NCBI GenBank assembly: GCA_021432655.1
Contig: MU271219.1
Coordinates: forward strand, 1-64,000
Length of the DNA: 64,000 nt
Source: Atractiella rhizophila
Lineage: Eukaryota
Direction: 5' to 3'
Every line of letters starts with the position of its first letter. The stretch's first letter is position 1. A model generated the notes under the pieces. The model saw only the letters and a list, made by a program, of their open reading frames with translations. It was not told where the DNA came from and ran no database searches. Made by a program: the position numbers and the translations under genes. Positions 36,416 to 49,438 of this stretch are shown here, piece by piece.

Positions 36416-37966
36416 CTACTTGATTTCCTCCTCGATTTTCTTGAAGAATTGTCCGACTTCTTTCGCAAACAACTCGGGCTCTTCCGCGGCGAGAAAGTGA
36501 CTCCCTTTGTCGAGGACTTTGAATACCTTTATGTCCGTCGCTATCAATTTCGCTTGCTCGATTGTTAGACCGTTCATTTCGTACTTCCCGCAAGTGAACT
36601 ACAAACACGATCTTGAGATCAGCTTGCTGAGGCAAATAGGAAGTTTTACGGCAAATGGGGCGGAGATCTGTGTCTCCTTCATCTCTTTTAGGTCTTCTGA
36701 TCCTTCTTCATGGTTTAGGATGTAATAATACCACATCGAAGAGGTGATACTTCCGGAGAACCAATACAGAAGAATATGCGTGAGAATTTCGTCCGTCGGC
36801 ATGGGATTGGGATACGTGCTCCATCGGTACCACCTAGTAGCGCCTACTTCTCAACCAATTCTGCATGAAGTTGATATAAACTTACTTCTCCCCTAAGAAA
36901 GCTAAAAGGGAGAGTGGATGGAACGATAGGGCGGGGCCAATGGTCTACCACTTTCTGGATTAAAGTATCATCAAATGAAATAGGGTGGCGAGCGAACATA
37001 TGGCACAGAACCTAATTAGATGAGTATTAAGGGTTAGAAGAGGATCGGATGGATACACGAACCCATCACCCAAAAGTACCCCAATCCATGATGCCTGAAA
37101 TCCAAGAACCTGGTCCAAGCCGCTTTCGCATTGTCATCCATGCCATCGGAGCTGCTCGCCGCCCTAATCACGAACATCAGTTGACTCGACGGCTTCTGGA
37201 CCATCTATTCCGGGAAGGAAAACGCCCTAGAATACTGACTTTGATGCTCCTCCTAAGAAATTGACGTGAAGCCCCAAGACTCGATCGGGAAACAATTGTG
37301 CAATGCGTCTCGCTATGGTGTTTCCCCAGTCCCCTCCTTGGACGAAGTATTTCGAGAATCCGAGGGAACTCATGAGGGCATCCATCAGTTGCGCAGTTTT
37401 TCCAAAGGAGAAGGATAGGTGTGGATGTCTGGGGCCAGAGGAGAACGCATATCCTAGCATGAGATTCCATCAGCACCTCAATTGAGAGCATGATGTATTG
37501 AGTGAAACAAACCAGGCAATGAAGGAATGACGACGTCGAAATCGCGACTGAGCAACTTGCCAGCCTTCTCAAATTCGAAGAAATCGCCCGGCCAACCGTG
37601 GAGTAACAAGATTGGACTTGCTCCGTCCTTTTCGCTCCGGATTCGCACGAAATGGAGCCTCATCGTCCCTTCTCCTTCGACGCCGCTCACATCAGACATG
37701 TAATGATCTCCCATATCCTGCATCCTCTTCTCGAAAGCACGCCAGTCGTATCCTCCATTGAGACGTGCGATGAGGTTTTGCAGAAGGACAGGAGGAAAGC
37801 CGTAGGTGAAGTCTTGGGGTGACAAGGAGTTGGAGTCAGTGACGCTCAGAGGTTCGAGGGCTGAGGAGGGCGTGTGCGAAATTTGAGTGTAAAGGGAGTC
37901 AATGTCGCTTTGGGGGATAGAGAGGGAGAAATGAGAAGGCGGAGAGATGTGAATGGTCCCGGTCAT
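36416..37966 (-). CDS. Epoxide hydrolase (EHN plus alpha/beta hydrolase)
   Basis: YDWRAFE...LHFV...PILLLHGWPGDFFEF...VVIPSLPG|YAFSSGP...QGGDWG...LHVNF...KGSHFLAAEEPELF. Confidence 0.92.
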
Positions 37967-38399
37967 CGTCGCTTCGCGGTTCAAGCTCAGTTTTCATGAG
38001 AGTACTAGAGGAGACCGATCGCACAAGATCACACTTTTATTGAAGCAAAGGCACGGCTACAACAAATATTGGATAGAGGCTCTAGCTGCACTGAACACCG
38101 CAATATCATTTGGTACAGTTCCATGAACTTTACATGATTGCTACGCGCCGTATTGTCTGTACATACACCAACACAACATTCGGCGTAACAACCTAAGAAT
38201 TCACCTTCTTCGAGAAATGTCGGCGTCATGGTACGCTCAAGGACAAGAGAATGGCCAAGAGCATCCAGTCAGTATGAGAACGGGCCATCTGGGAGCTTCC
38301 TTCTCCAGTACATTTAATATTTTCCACTCGAACTTGAACTCCACTACAAAGCCATGTTGATCTCCCGAACCGTTTTCCTTCGCTCCTCCAACGACAACT

Positions 38400-39430
38400 C
38401 CAAGCCATGAGGCAAGAAATGGTAACATTCGGATAAAGATGCCAAAGGAAACATCTGCAGGTTCAATACAGCAGGTGTTCTGCGGACTTGATACTTTATC
38501 GCCCATCATTAATATCATTGCTGGTCAGGAACTGGCAGCGCATGCGTACCCAATTTGTCTTGACATAGCTCAGTATTACCTCCCTCAACTCACTAAAAAT
38601 GAGAGAAGGAGTGTTAAACAACGCGTCATAGGCGGATTGAGGGGTGAGATATCGATGGAGCTGATTTCTGATCTGCTGCTTCAGAGCTTCCACTTCGTAT
38701 GCTGTTGCTTGGTTCAGCTTGTGTCTACTCTAATCAATAAAGAGGAAAGCACTTACTATCAGCTAGAACATAAAGTTCTATCGGATCACAACTCTCTTGA
38801 TCGGGATCCGCGCAAAGGGTGGTGTCGTCATTCCATTCTTCATAAGCTCTCAAGACGTCAACTATATCCTCTAAGTCTTTTTGGTATCCAGTTTGTGGAT
38901 CCTCTTGCACGTAAGATTCGTACGAGAACACCATTCGAAACTGCAACTCGCTGGTCAGGATGAGGTAAGGAAGTTGGTCTTGGTGCTGACTGAACTAATG
39001 TGAAACTCACTTTGTTTGAATATACCGCAGAAATACGGCAAACGTGCGGAAGGACGTATTCAGGATGGCTGTTGTCGCTGGCTTTCCGATGCGTCCTCGA
39101 CTTTCTTTAAAGCCAGATTCAAACACTAAGGCATTGTAAGCATTCTTTGATGGGATGTTAGGTGCGCACTCGTCTTAAACATTGGCGACATTGAAGAAAG
39201 AAATCTTTTATTTGCGTACAACTTGGCCTTGGGCTTCCACAGATCATCAGGGAATGTGAAAACAATGTCCGATAGTTCTGGTCTGCCGTAAAATGCCTGA
39301 ATGTATTTGCTCAACAGCTTCTCTATCGCACTAGTCACGCGTGAGAAAGTTTCTCGCGGTTGAAGTGGATGATGACATGGTGCGCGCTTTCGTGAATGGA
39401 AGGAGCACGACAGTTGGGGTATTTTACCCA
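38400..39430 (-). CDS. BTB/POZ domain protein (ends approximate)
   Basis: LSDIVFTF...LYANKRFLSSMSPMFKT|MFESGFKES...SFRTFAVFLRYI...IELYVLAD...LTPQSAYDALF...ELREVILSYVKTNW. Confidence 0.8.
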
Positions 39431-40153
39431 TTACCCCGCATGCTGAGGGGACGTGGCCGACATATTTTTCAATTCCCCGTTTGGCCAATGCGAGAGATGG
39501 AAAGCAGTCAGGACATATAAGCAGGTGTATGCAGAGGACAAGGGTGACCGACTGCCTCGACGGAAACTGCAACTGTTGTGATGTCACACTGGGGGCTTCA
39601 AAACTGATCGTACTCATTGAGGGCATCCTTTCTCGCAATTTTAATCGCGCCTGCCTTTGAGGAATAAGTATTCTGAACATCGCGGCGGCGATGGCATCAA
39701 CTCTGGCATCAACATTTCGGAGCAGCTGCCCAATTTGGGACCTCACGTGAGCGTATGCGAACAACGGACTTCAAGTTGCCGTTGCCGTTGTATTCGCTTC
39801 TAGCTTGGACGCAGCTGGATGGATACCTCAGATGTTACAGTGAAATGAAGAGATCCCTAAAGAAGAAATAGAGGAGGGAGATGTGGAGAGATAGACCCAA
39901 TGGTGAGGATATTCCCCACGTAATACTCTTTCGCACTATCTCTGTGTGCACATGCCTCTCTTTCCCCTCGCCAATTTGCACCAATCTCATCTGCACAAGC
40001 GCCGGCACAAACAAAACATGAGAGCAAAAAGCCGAATTGCAAATCGTCCCTCCTTCATAACCTCCGTCTTCGTCAACTCGACTCGCACCGCACATCTTGG
40101 TTTGGTCGAAACTCGAACGATTCTAGCCTCTAGATTGACTGGGAACGAGTAGA

Positions 40154-43100
40154 ATGCTCCTCTCACTCCTCCTCCCGGCGCTCGTGCTCAGCGCTCCGGC
40201 TGTCAGCGAGCTCAACGAACTAGAAACGAGGAATGCAGAGTGTGTCTTCTCCTCTATTACGGCAGCCTGTTCATCTCGAGCGCTAGCTTCGACCCAGCCG
40301 AGATAGTGAACCTTTTCATCGGATCCATCAATGGAGGCCACACCTTTCCAGGTGCGGTTGGGCTCTTTTATTGTAATATTGGATCCCTCATGCATGGATT
40401 GGCGAGCAGGAGCGACTCTTCCCCATGGAATGATCAAAGCTGGGATGGACACCGACTCTCCAGGAAACGTATGGCACTCCCCTCACTCTCAAAATATTGC
40501 ATGAGCTCAGAATGCGTATAGCACGCCGGTTACGATGGTAATTCGACATACAATGTTACAGGGTTCAGTCAGCTACACGATACAGGAACTGGAGGAGTGA
40601 GTTGCTCTTCGCTTCCATTCGTGTTCTCCTCTGCCTCCTTGTAAAGGTGTAGTGAGCCATACTGATCCAAGACCCATGGCACAGAGCGTTCCCCTCTCGA
40701 ATTTTAAGCTCTTCCCCTTTGCGAACTGCACTCCCGGATTCGAAGGCTGTCCGCCCAACATTGCAGCAAGGAAGATCCTAAGGAAGGTTTTAGAAGATGG
40801 CAGGGCGGACGATTTTGCCTCCCCTGGGTACTTCAGCACTAATCTCGTGCGTGCTTATTCTGTTCCTTCACTATTTCCTCCGTTTTCCCTCCTCTAGAAC
40901 AGAGCTGATGTAGGGTGGGATGCTAGTCCAACGGGGTTAGAGTGGAGCTCACAGCTACAAGGAGGACGGCGCTCCACAGGTACACCTTTCCGCTGCACAG
41001 CTGGGAGCCGAGGTTGTTAGTCGACATCACGAATGATGGGAAGCAAGACAGTAGCAAGGCATTCATGCGACTGGACGAGACGACCGGTAGAGTGGTTGGT
41101 ATGTTCTTCCCCTCTTCATCGTCACGCCCCTTCGAGAGCATTCTGTTCTGCGACCTCTTCATACCCCCACACGTGCAACCTGACTGACAACGGCACCTTG
41201 GTCTCGTGTGGTTTGGGGGACAGGTGGTGCGACGTTTACCTCCTCCTTTGGTCCGGGACAATACCGTGCATATGTCTGTGCGGACTTTAAGGGAGAGGGA
41301 TACGAATGGGAAGCTCCTACTGAGCATGGGGCTTGGTGAGTCTTCGCCCCCTTCGTCTGCGTGGTTTTCTGATTTCGTTTCGGCAGGTATGTGACGTAAG
41401 TCGTGAAGCCTTTCACAACGCGACAGCTAAGTGATATGTGTCAATCCCGATAGATATCCAGCTCGAGGCGTAAAGTCTTTCAGCGATTTATATACCGGTT
41501 GGTCATCCCTCCTTTGGCTTTTGGGAGAATAGACACTGAACGGTTGTGGGCGGGGCAGGTTTTTTGACGGAGATGGGCGCAATGTTCACATTCCCTCCAA
41601 ACCCTGCGGCGAACTCGACGTCTGGAGGAAGTTCCATCCTCGCGCGTGTAGGGGTCAGTTTCATCAGCGAAAAACAGGCGTGCGAGAGCGCAGAGGAGGA
41701 GGTTTGGGACTGGGACTTCGATCGTGTCCACGCGCGGTCGATGTGGGTTTTGCAATGGCTTTCTTTTCTATTATTCAAATGTCTGCATGTTAGTAGTAAC
41801 GGACCTTCTGGTAAATCACTTCATAACATTCTTCACCTCTACCAAACAGACGAGGACTTTCAGCTCTCACGTCCAGCCACCCGTATTACTATGTACTTAC
41901 CTTAGACGACACTGCCGAGTAAACAACTTAGCTTCATAGGGATAGTTCCGTAGTAGCGTAGAAGTCATACCCAAAATATAAAAGACCTTGTCCCCTGTAT
42001 GGAGTAGCTTTTAGGTTAGGTCTGCGACTTATTTTAAGAGTCCAGGCGGAACCTAGAGTTAGTTGAAGCGTCACAGTACTCCACGTATGATAAAAATTCT
42101 TAATAGTCAAAATAGAGTCATTATTAATGACTGCCGCATGGACTCTTATCTGCTATCCCCTCGAGAGTATCTTGGGTAGAGAGGCCTACAATAAGTTTTT
42201 CGTTCAGCGAAATTGCCCTAGCAGATGGGAGTGCGTTTTACTCGACATTAATAGTTTTACCTCCCGTTGCTTGCTTACCTCGTTACGGAGCCTAGCCACA
42301 CCAACTTACACGGCAACGACTTAAAGCCGACCTACTTCGGAACCTGTATCCGTCCCCGTAGTCCCTGCCAGTGTAAGCCCAAGGTCTCTAAGTCCTTTAA
42401 GACGCTAGCGAAGCGCATGATATTGTTATTGCACTCTCACGCTTCATACCCTCCGTCTTCTCGTTTGGAACAAGCTCAGCAGTCTGTCCGGGTACTTGAA
42501 GCGTTGGACGCTTTATCTTTTCAGCAGCTTTCGTTCGACAGCTATTGTATCTAAATACTTTGGAGTCTAGGTTCTTTTTCTCCACCGTTTGTGTGGAGAT
42601 GGCAGGAGCTTGTAACGAACGATAAGCTTGGTGGAAGTTTTTTTGAGGAAGGGCTTGTGTAAAACCCCTTACATCGGATAACCAGTAAAGTCAGAGGAGC
42701 GAACTGTGCAAAAGTCTTCTTTGACTCTTTCGAGTGGTATAAACAAGGTGTGTAGATGAACGGAGGGGACGTCTAAGGTTAAACCGCCAACGAAGAGGCG
42801 CAGCCGATAGGGTACTAACTACAAGTCGTCGGAACAGTATATCTCTTCTCTAGTCCTCGTTCCATGGTTCGTTTCGCCAGGTCTCTAGAAGTCCACTCTG
42901 TGGTTCCAAAGCTCGTACTAGTACTATGGAAGTGACTTATAGTTTCTGAACACCACCTTCTCCTCCCTCCACATGAACTGTTTCTTAAGTCGCTCCTGCC
43001 CTAGCCGCACCGAAGGAGGGACTTAGGTGACGACCCATAAGCGGGATAGAGGAGCAGTAGTAGCTCTAATAAGCGTAACCTCTTACCATGGGAGACGTAA

Positions 43101-45347
43101 GGCCGTTGGTAGGATGTCGCAAAGTGAACTTACTCTCTTCTAAATCTCTCTTGAATTTACGCGTGGAAGCACAAAGACTTATAGTTACTTAGGGGAATGT
43201 TAGAGGCGCTTCCATACTCCCAGTACTTCCCTGTACTCGCCCATTTCCCACGCCATGCACAGGGTGACACCTGAAGTGACTCTGTGACGTTCCGTCGGTC
43301 TGTTCTCCTTTCTTCTTTCTGCTTGCAACGTTATCTACGACAGCATCATTTGAAGACAGCTTAAGGTTAAGACCAAGAGAGGCCATAGATAGAAGGAAGT
43401 AGTCCCTGTGTTTAGTTGCGTCCTATCTTTCCTTTGCATGTCAACCGCCCGTGCTACACCCAAGATATGTTCGACCTTATCTCGTCGCTTTGCCACAGTA
43501 GCAGGGGTAGGTGAGAGAGGTGGAAATGAGAGAGTTCATATAGTAAGGTGACAGGAGAGCGGAGAGATAGGTTTATCTGTTCGGGTAGTCAGCCAGCGTG
43601 CGCGGAAGGTCGTGGGCTTGTGTCTTTCCTCTGTATGGCNNNNNNNNNNNNNNNNNNNNNNNNNCCGTCCTCGCTGAATTCTTTGTCAAGTACACCTCCC
43701 TCCTCTTCCACCACAAGTCTTTGATGTTCAGTGAAGGTATCATGATCATGCTCGAAACCTTGGTGTCTCACCTGAAGATCTCTGGACCGCTTTGCTTGGT
43801 ACCTTGCTCCTGATCTCTTCTCTATATGACAAGGCTGCTGAACATCAATCATGGGATAGCCGACGCGGAGAAGCAACCGCCAAATTGGAATCTGCAGGGG
43901 AGGCAAGTAGATGTGTGGAACAAATATGGTGAGCTTTCTCAGTTTCTTCTGAAAACGTGTCAAGCGAGGAGACTGAAATGACCAATAGGCTACATTCCCC
44001 AAAATGTGTTCGGGAAGGAGTTTTTTGAAGGTGGTTCGAATAGCAAGCAATGTTCGAGGACGGTGGAGGTGTGTTTGCCACCTCTTTTTCTTGGATCTGA
44101 GGTTTCATAAATCTATGTTATCGACAGCTTGCTTTCGACGACTTTTCTATTTCGCAGGTTGCGAAGTTCATGGGCCTGTCTGACGACTCGAAACAAGGTT
44201 TGCTCTTCTGCCTCCCATACTTCGCACTCTCACGTTATTGTTATAGTACGCGAAGCGATCGCAGAATTTCCTGAATCTCTGGAACCCGAATGTGACCGTC
44301 CCTGATGCCCCTGCCTATGTCCAAGGCTTCATCCAGCCGAAATTCAGCAACGGCACATTCAACCACACCGATCCGAGGCATTGCTCCATTCGTTCGTTGC
44401 CCTCCATTTTGATAATTACAGCTCATTTTGCGTGAGGGTAGACGATCCCGTTAAAGCGACTTGCTTTTTGAATAACATCCGGAGAGATGGGTTCTATGAG
44501 AGCTCCCCTATCGTCTATTCTCAGGTACGCCGTCAGTAATTATTACTGAGATAAAACTGATAAACTCTTAAATAGTATATGCACCTCATGACACTGCGAA
44601 GTTGATTGAGATCCAAGGCGGACCTGAGAATTTTATTCAGCGTCTGGATTGGATTTTCGATGAGGTATGTCCCCTGTTCCAGAAAATATAAAGCCATACT
44701 GAAGATGCGATGATGCCTTGATAGGGATACTTCGATTCAACAAATGAGCCGTCACAGCAGATTCCATTCATGTATCATTATGCCCACCGACCTGCACTCT
44801 CGACTTTCAGGAGCAGACAAACCATCTCCACTTCTTACAATACTTCACTAAATGGTCTTCCAGGCAATGATGATTGTACGTCTGTAAACTTATTATCTTT
44901 TCCTTCGGTAACGTTTTGGGTGTAGCTGGCGCGATGGCAAGCTACGTATTCTTCTACCTCGTCGGCCTCTATCCCCTTCCTGCGACGCAACAATTCCTCC
45001 TGTCTTCGCCATATTTCCCAAGCATCTCTTTCTATAACCCGCTTTTCGAGTCTTGGACCACTATCAAGGTGTCGAATTTCGATACGACAGGAAAGAGCGT
45101 ATATGTTAAAGTGTGTCACTTTTTTTCCCATCCTCGCATAGCAGAGCTCATTGTGCGTGATGAACAGGACGTGAAGATTGACGGGAAGGAGTGGAAGAGT
45201 AGATGTTGGATCCCCTGGAGTGTCTTCGAGAATGGAAGCACCGTGGAATTAGAAGTGACGGATGACATGTCACTTGATTGTGGTGCCGCTGATGACAGTC
45301 TGCCTGCTAGTCTATCGACCGGAGGTTATGGATGGGTGAACTTTTGA
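40154..45347 (+). CDS. Secreted GH92 alpha-1,2-mannosidase; the central part is absent from the visible sequence (insertion plus assembly gap)
   Basis: Signal peptide, then VNLFIGSINGGHTFPG|ATLPHGMIKAG...GFSQLHDTGTGG...RVGVSFISEKQAC...; after the gap AEFFVK...DAE...SRTVE...GFYES...NEPS...GLPGNDD|GAMAS. Confidence 0.88.
41788..43639. mobile_element. Probable degenerate repeat or TE inserted in a GH92 intron, TpA-rich; right end lost in the N gap
   Basis: No GH92 coding sequence, a stop-rich profile and conspicuous TA dinucleotide density. It begins TGTTAG shortly after the GTGGGT intron donor at 41743. Confidence 0.5.
43640..43664. other. Assembly gap (25 N)
   Basis: Run of N. Confidence 1.
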
Positions 45348-47666
45348 GCAAGGACCTAAGGAATAAATGCATTCCATTGTATTTATCAATGTAAACCACA
45401 TCACAATTGTCTTGCATACCGGAGGCCAAGTACCGTATCACGATCTAAAGGTTTCCGAGCAAGTTGCGGCTTGTACATTAAGTCTAGGTGCTTTAAGTAT
45501 TCACTCCGTCCCAGTCGTCCTTCTCCAGAGCGTCGTTGAGAAGATGGATGGGAGCATGATTTCCCAGATCAGTTGTACGATGTGCATCGCCGTTTGGATT
45601 CATGCCGGGCTTGTTAAAAGGTGGCTTCTAGAACTGGTACTGTCGACGAGGAGGAGCTGTACCGATCGTTGGACCTGGATTGACAGGAGTGTGATGCGAG
45701 GGAAGTCACGATGACAGAGTCGTATCATGAAGTTGGTGGAATTGATCTTGTTGGCGCAACGCATGTGCTTACGAGACGTTGGCGACTGCCAATAAATCAG
45801 GATTCATCAGGCGAATCGTGAACCATCTTCACTGTGACAGATGTCCAGAGAACATTTGCCCATTGGATTGCTTTACGGTACTCCACAGTGCTGGTTTCGT
45901 GAGGTTAAGTATTAGGCAGGTGAGCCCACAAACAATTTGAAGCAGTGAGGGGAGTTTAAGAGAGAGTTGGCGAGGTTACTGTTTGGTTTGAAGCCTAGGC
46001 ACAACCTTAGTCACTGAGTCACTCAGTCTGACATACTTTGCCGTTATGAAACTCTCTCCCACCAAAGTACCAAGAGACGCAAGAGGATATGTTTGGAGGA
46101 GAAGGGAAGTTTATGTTAGGAGACGGCCTAATAAATTCCAAAGAAAAGTGAGTCCCACTGAGCGTCAATAAAGATTATGTATCAAGTTCAAGTTTGTCAT
46201 ATTCAAGGATCAGTGCTCAGCAGCATCGACCTGTTTAGTAATTTGTGTACTACGGACAGCGCATAGTTCAGTCACAGACAGCCGTGCTAGAAGTGAGTGG
46301 AAGACTCAACGGATATGTGGAGCGTTGTTTATCCTGGCTCTTTTGGCATATGACAAAGTGGTTGTGGATTATTCACGGAAGTGGAAGGATGACTTCGGTT
46401 ACTGCAAGGACTGTTATGGCTACTCCCGTCTCCTTGGCTGATTAAAGAAAAGAATGCGTTGTTCCAAGCAAAGTTCTGAAGTTTCACCGCAACAAGTCTG
46501 TTTCAAGTTGATATGACAGGACAGATGCTTCGACTTTGTTCTGACTGAAGTGAACCACTTTCTGAGCGACATCATCGAGCCACCAATTAATCCCAAAACG
46601 TTGGGTCGTTTTACATAGAGCAATGTTATTGTCAACGATACACAAGCGAAATTGCTGCAGCATTACCGAGAGGATGAAGGAGTGAAAATGCGACGGTGCT
46701 CTTTAATAACACCCCAGACAATGCCTCAATGTCTCAATCAGAATTGTTAGAATGGCAGCAAAGACCGTTTCTAGTTTCCAAACTCCAGAAGCTCTGGTTC
46801 AATATGAAGGCGGGACGGGAAGAAGTGTTGGGCGGGATGGCGGGAAGGCGGGATGCTTCTGACCTAAGCGCCATAACCCTTCCCGCTCTTCCGCAGTGAG
46901 TGGAACCACCAACAGCTTGACTGTATTCCTTCAAATCACCTTTTACATTGTTCTTTCTTGAATATCCTACTTCTTGACCAAGATGCCTTTCTTCACTCGC
47001 TGCGAAATGCCAGATTGTCATTGGCCACGGTGTACGAGAAGATCACACTACCCGACGACTCTAAGCCAGCTCAGGCCACACCCCATTGTGTTTTATATTT
47101 TCGACACTTCTTTGCGTCAAACATTGTGGCAAGAAGTGAAAGACAGGACATACCATTTTAGAACGGACTTGGAAGATTCGTGTGGCGAAGCTCTTTACAA
47201 GGTTCAACGAAGGGGAGCGAAGGTCCTGGAACGCGTTCGAAATCATGGCAGATTGATGGTACGTTTTCTTGTCTTGACAGGACGTGGATGAAGTTTGGTT
47301 TATGAAGGATGCCGCGGACAAATACAAGGCATCCGTTAACGAAGTGTATCGTTGCTTCGGTATACGAATTGGCCGCTCGTCATGCTATTGGATCGAGAAC
47401 GTCTTAGTCTACGAGGAGGCATGCCCTTCATCTTCGCTTTCGATCGTATACCTAAATTTTTCGATGTAGATGGATGCGACGCTAGTTTTCGACGGCATGG
47501 AGACGTACGGCTTTGGAGGAAATTCTAATGTGCTACGAGCTGTTGTCCTTGGGGACTGCCCAAAGGTTGGCTAATCCTCATCATCCTGACGGCTCCTGAT
47601 GTTCGCGAATAGAAGAATCTCCTTACATCCATCAAGAGTGCCTTGAATTTTCCACGTCGTTCTGCT

Positions 47667-48624
47667 ATGAAAGATCCATCAAAGCCTGCTTCCCGCAAAC
47701 GTTACTCCGTACGATTTGCAGCTGCAACGACCTTTCGACCTATCGTAAGTCGCTCTGGTTTCCAGTTGTCTCCATACAGCTTACCCAGAAACCGAATAGG
47801 CAATTGCTAAGTCGAATAGGCTTAAGCGATTCAGATGTCCCTGTCCTTTTCATTCGTCTAGAGATGCCTTAGTGGATGTCATCAATTGCTTGACTGGACC
47901 CAACGCGGAAGAGGAAGTGGATCTGCTCGACAAGACCTTCTTCAGGAACAAGCCATGGGCATGGTCCGATCCTGACGCTTTGTTCAGGGCTGTGCCGTTC
48001 TTCCAACGTGCTCCTTGTTACGAATGCTGGTCCCGCCTTGAACCCGAAGTAATCGTCGCAGATGCGAGATTGGACATGTGGGGAAGCCAGAAGCTGCGTC
48101 GAGCGAACCGTCCTGAGATTTTGGAAGGGATACGGCAGAGTAGGATAGAATTTGGACACGACGACGATGTGCCGGAAGAGCTAGAGGCATTCGATCCTAA
48201 TAGGAGGAGAAGGACCAGAAAATGGATATCCCTAGAAGAACTGGAACTGAATTTAACTGGGATCTCAGAAATCATGGTCGATCCTCTCGATGTCGAAGTA
48301 CCTCGAATCCAGATCATCGCCCCCGAAGAGGAGGGAGACGATGACTCCAATTGGGATACCTCTCTGTCACAATGCACCAGCTCGAGCTCCATTGCGTCTG
48401 AGTCTTCCCGTTGCGGTTCGCATGGCACCCTCGATACCACGCCTGCCGCAACACCTCAGCTCACTCAAATGCATCAATTCGTGGCTGCGAGGGTAGACAA
48501 ACCCGTACTAGTCCAACATAACGATCGGAAGGAAGTTGAGCGTCCAGTTAAAAGGCACAAAACATATTTACCCCACCTGCTTTCTTTCGCGGCTCCAACC
48601 AGATGGTTCAAGAAGCATCATTAG
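47667..48624 (+). CDS. Hypothetical protein
   Basis: 250-aa last exon (47872-48624) and a probable first exon MKDPSKPASRKRYSVRF followed by GTAAGT. No family recognised. Confidence 0.5.
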
Positions 48625-49438
48625 GGATTTGACGCTAGCCATCCTCTCACAGAATCACATATGTTGACTCAGGCCGTAGTGAACTGAAGTCGGGTTCTAT
48701 GATTTCAACCAGAGCTTTTATCTTTTCTGATCGTCCTGTCATTGCATTCTTTTTTCCCTTCTGAAACTTATAAAGACACGTTCGTTTCACATCTTTCTTA
48801 TCGTCATCCCTTGAAATTGAATGAATATATCCCTTTAGCTTGAGAGTGAGCGGCGGCCAATACACGCAATTGGTCAACGAACAGTGTCATTGTAGAACGT
48901 AGCAATAGAACGCCAATAATTTCAATGGCAACTGAACATTCTTGACAATCTTCCTCACTGGGATAATTTCTCTTCGTAGGCGGCTCAACATGAAGTGTCT
49001 CGTCTTATTGTAATTGACCACAAAGTTGTCACACTGTCTAAGACGTGAAAAATCGAATCCATTTCAATAAATTACAGAAACCCAAGATCTTCAGGTGGAA
49101 GTGGAAGTGAAACAGTAACAAATCGGATTAACAGCTTAAAAACCTGAACTACGAGTAGGAGTGACGGTAAATAAGGGAATAAAATGACTCCCTTGAGATA
49201 ATGAGTTACTAGTACCGATAATTGAGTGCGGAACGAAAGACACTGATATTCAAGAGCAAGTAGGTACAACAGATCAACAACGAAGGGATATAACGCAAAT
49301 AATAGGAAGAATCGAAGAGCACGCACTATAAAACGGATGCTGGGCGAACTGCTGAGTGCTTTTATCGATCTGTAATTCATTGTCGCTTGGTTTAAGACAT
49401 AAGAAAGGAAGCTTACGCTACAAATCTCAATCGACCGC

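Noticed and set aside
44520..44600. Apparent 2-nt frameshift in GH92 before YAPHD
   Set aside because: An alternative GTCAGT donor restores the frame, so a lesion cannot be called without cDNA.
46240..47575. Fragmented plus-strand coding-like sequence
   Set aside because: I could not build a consistent spliced model or recognise a family.
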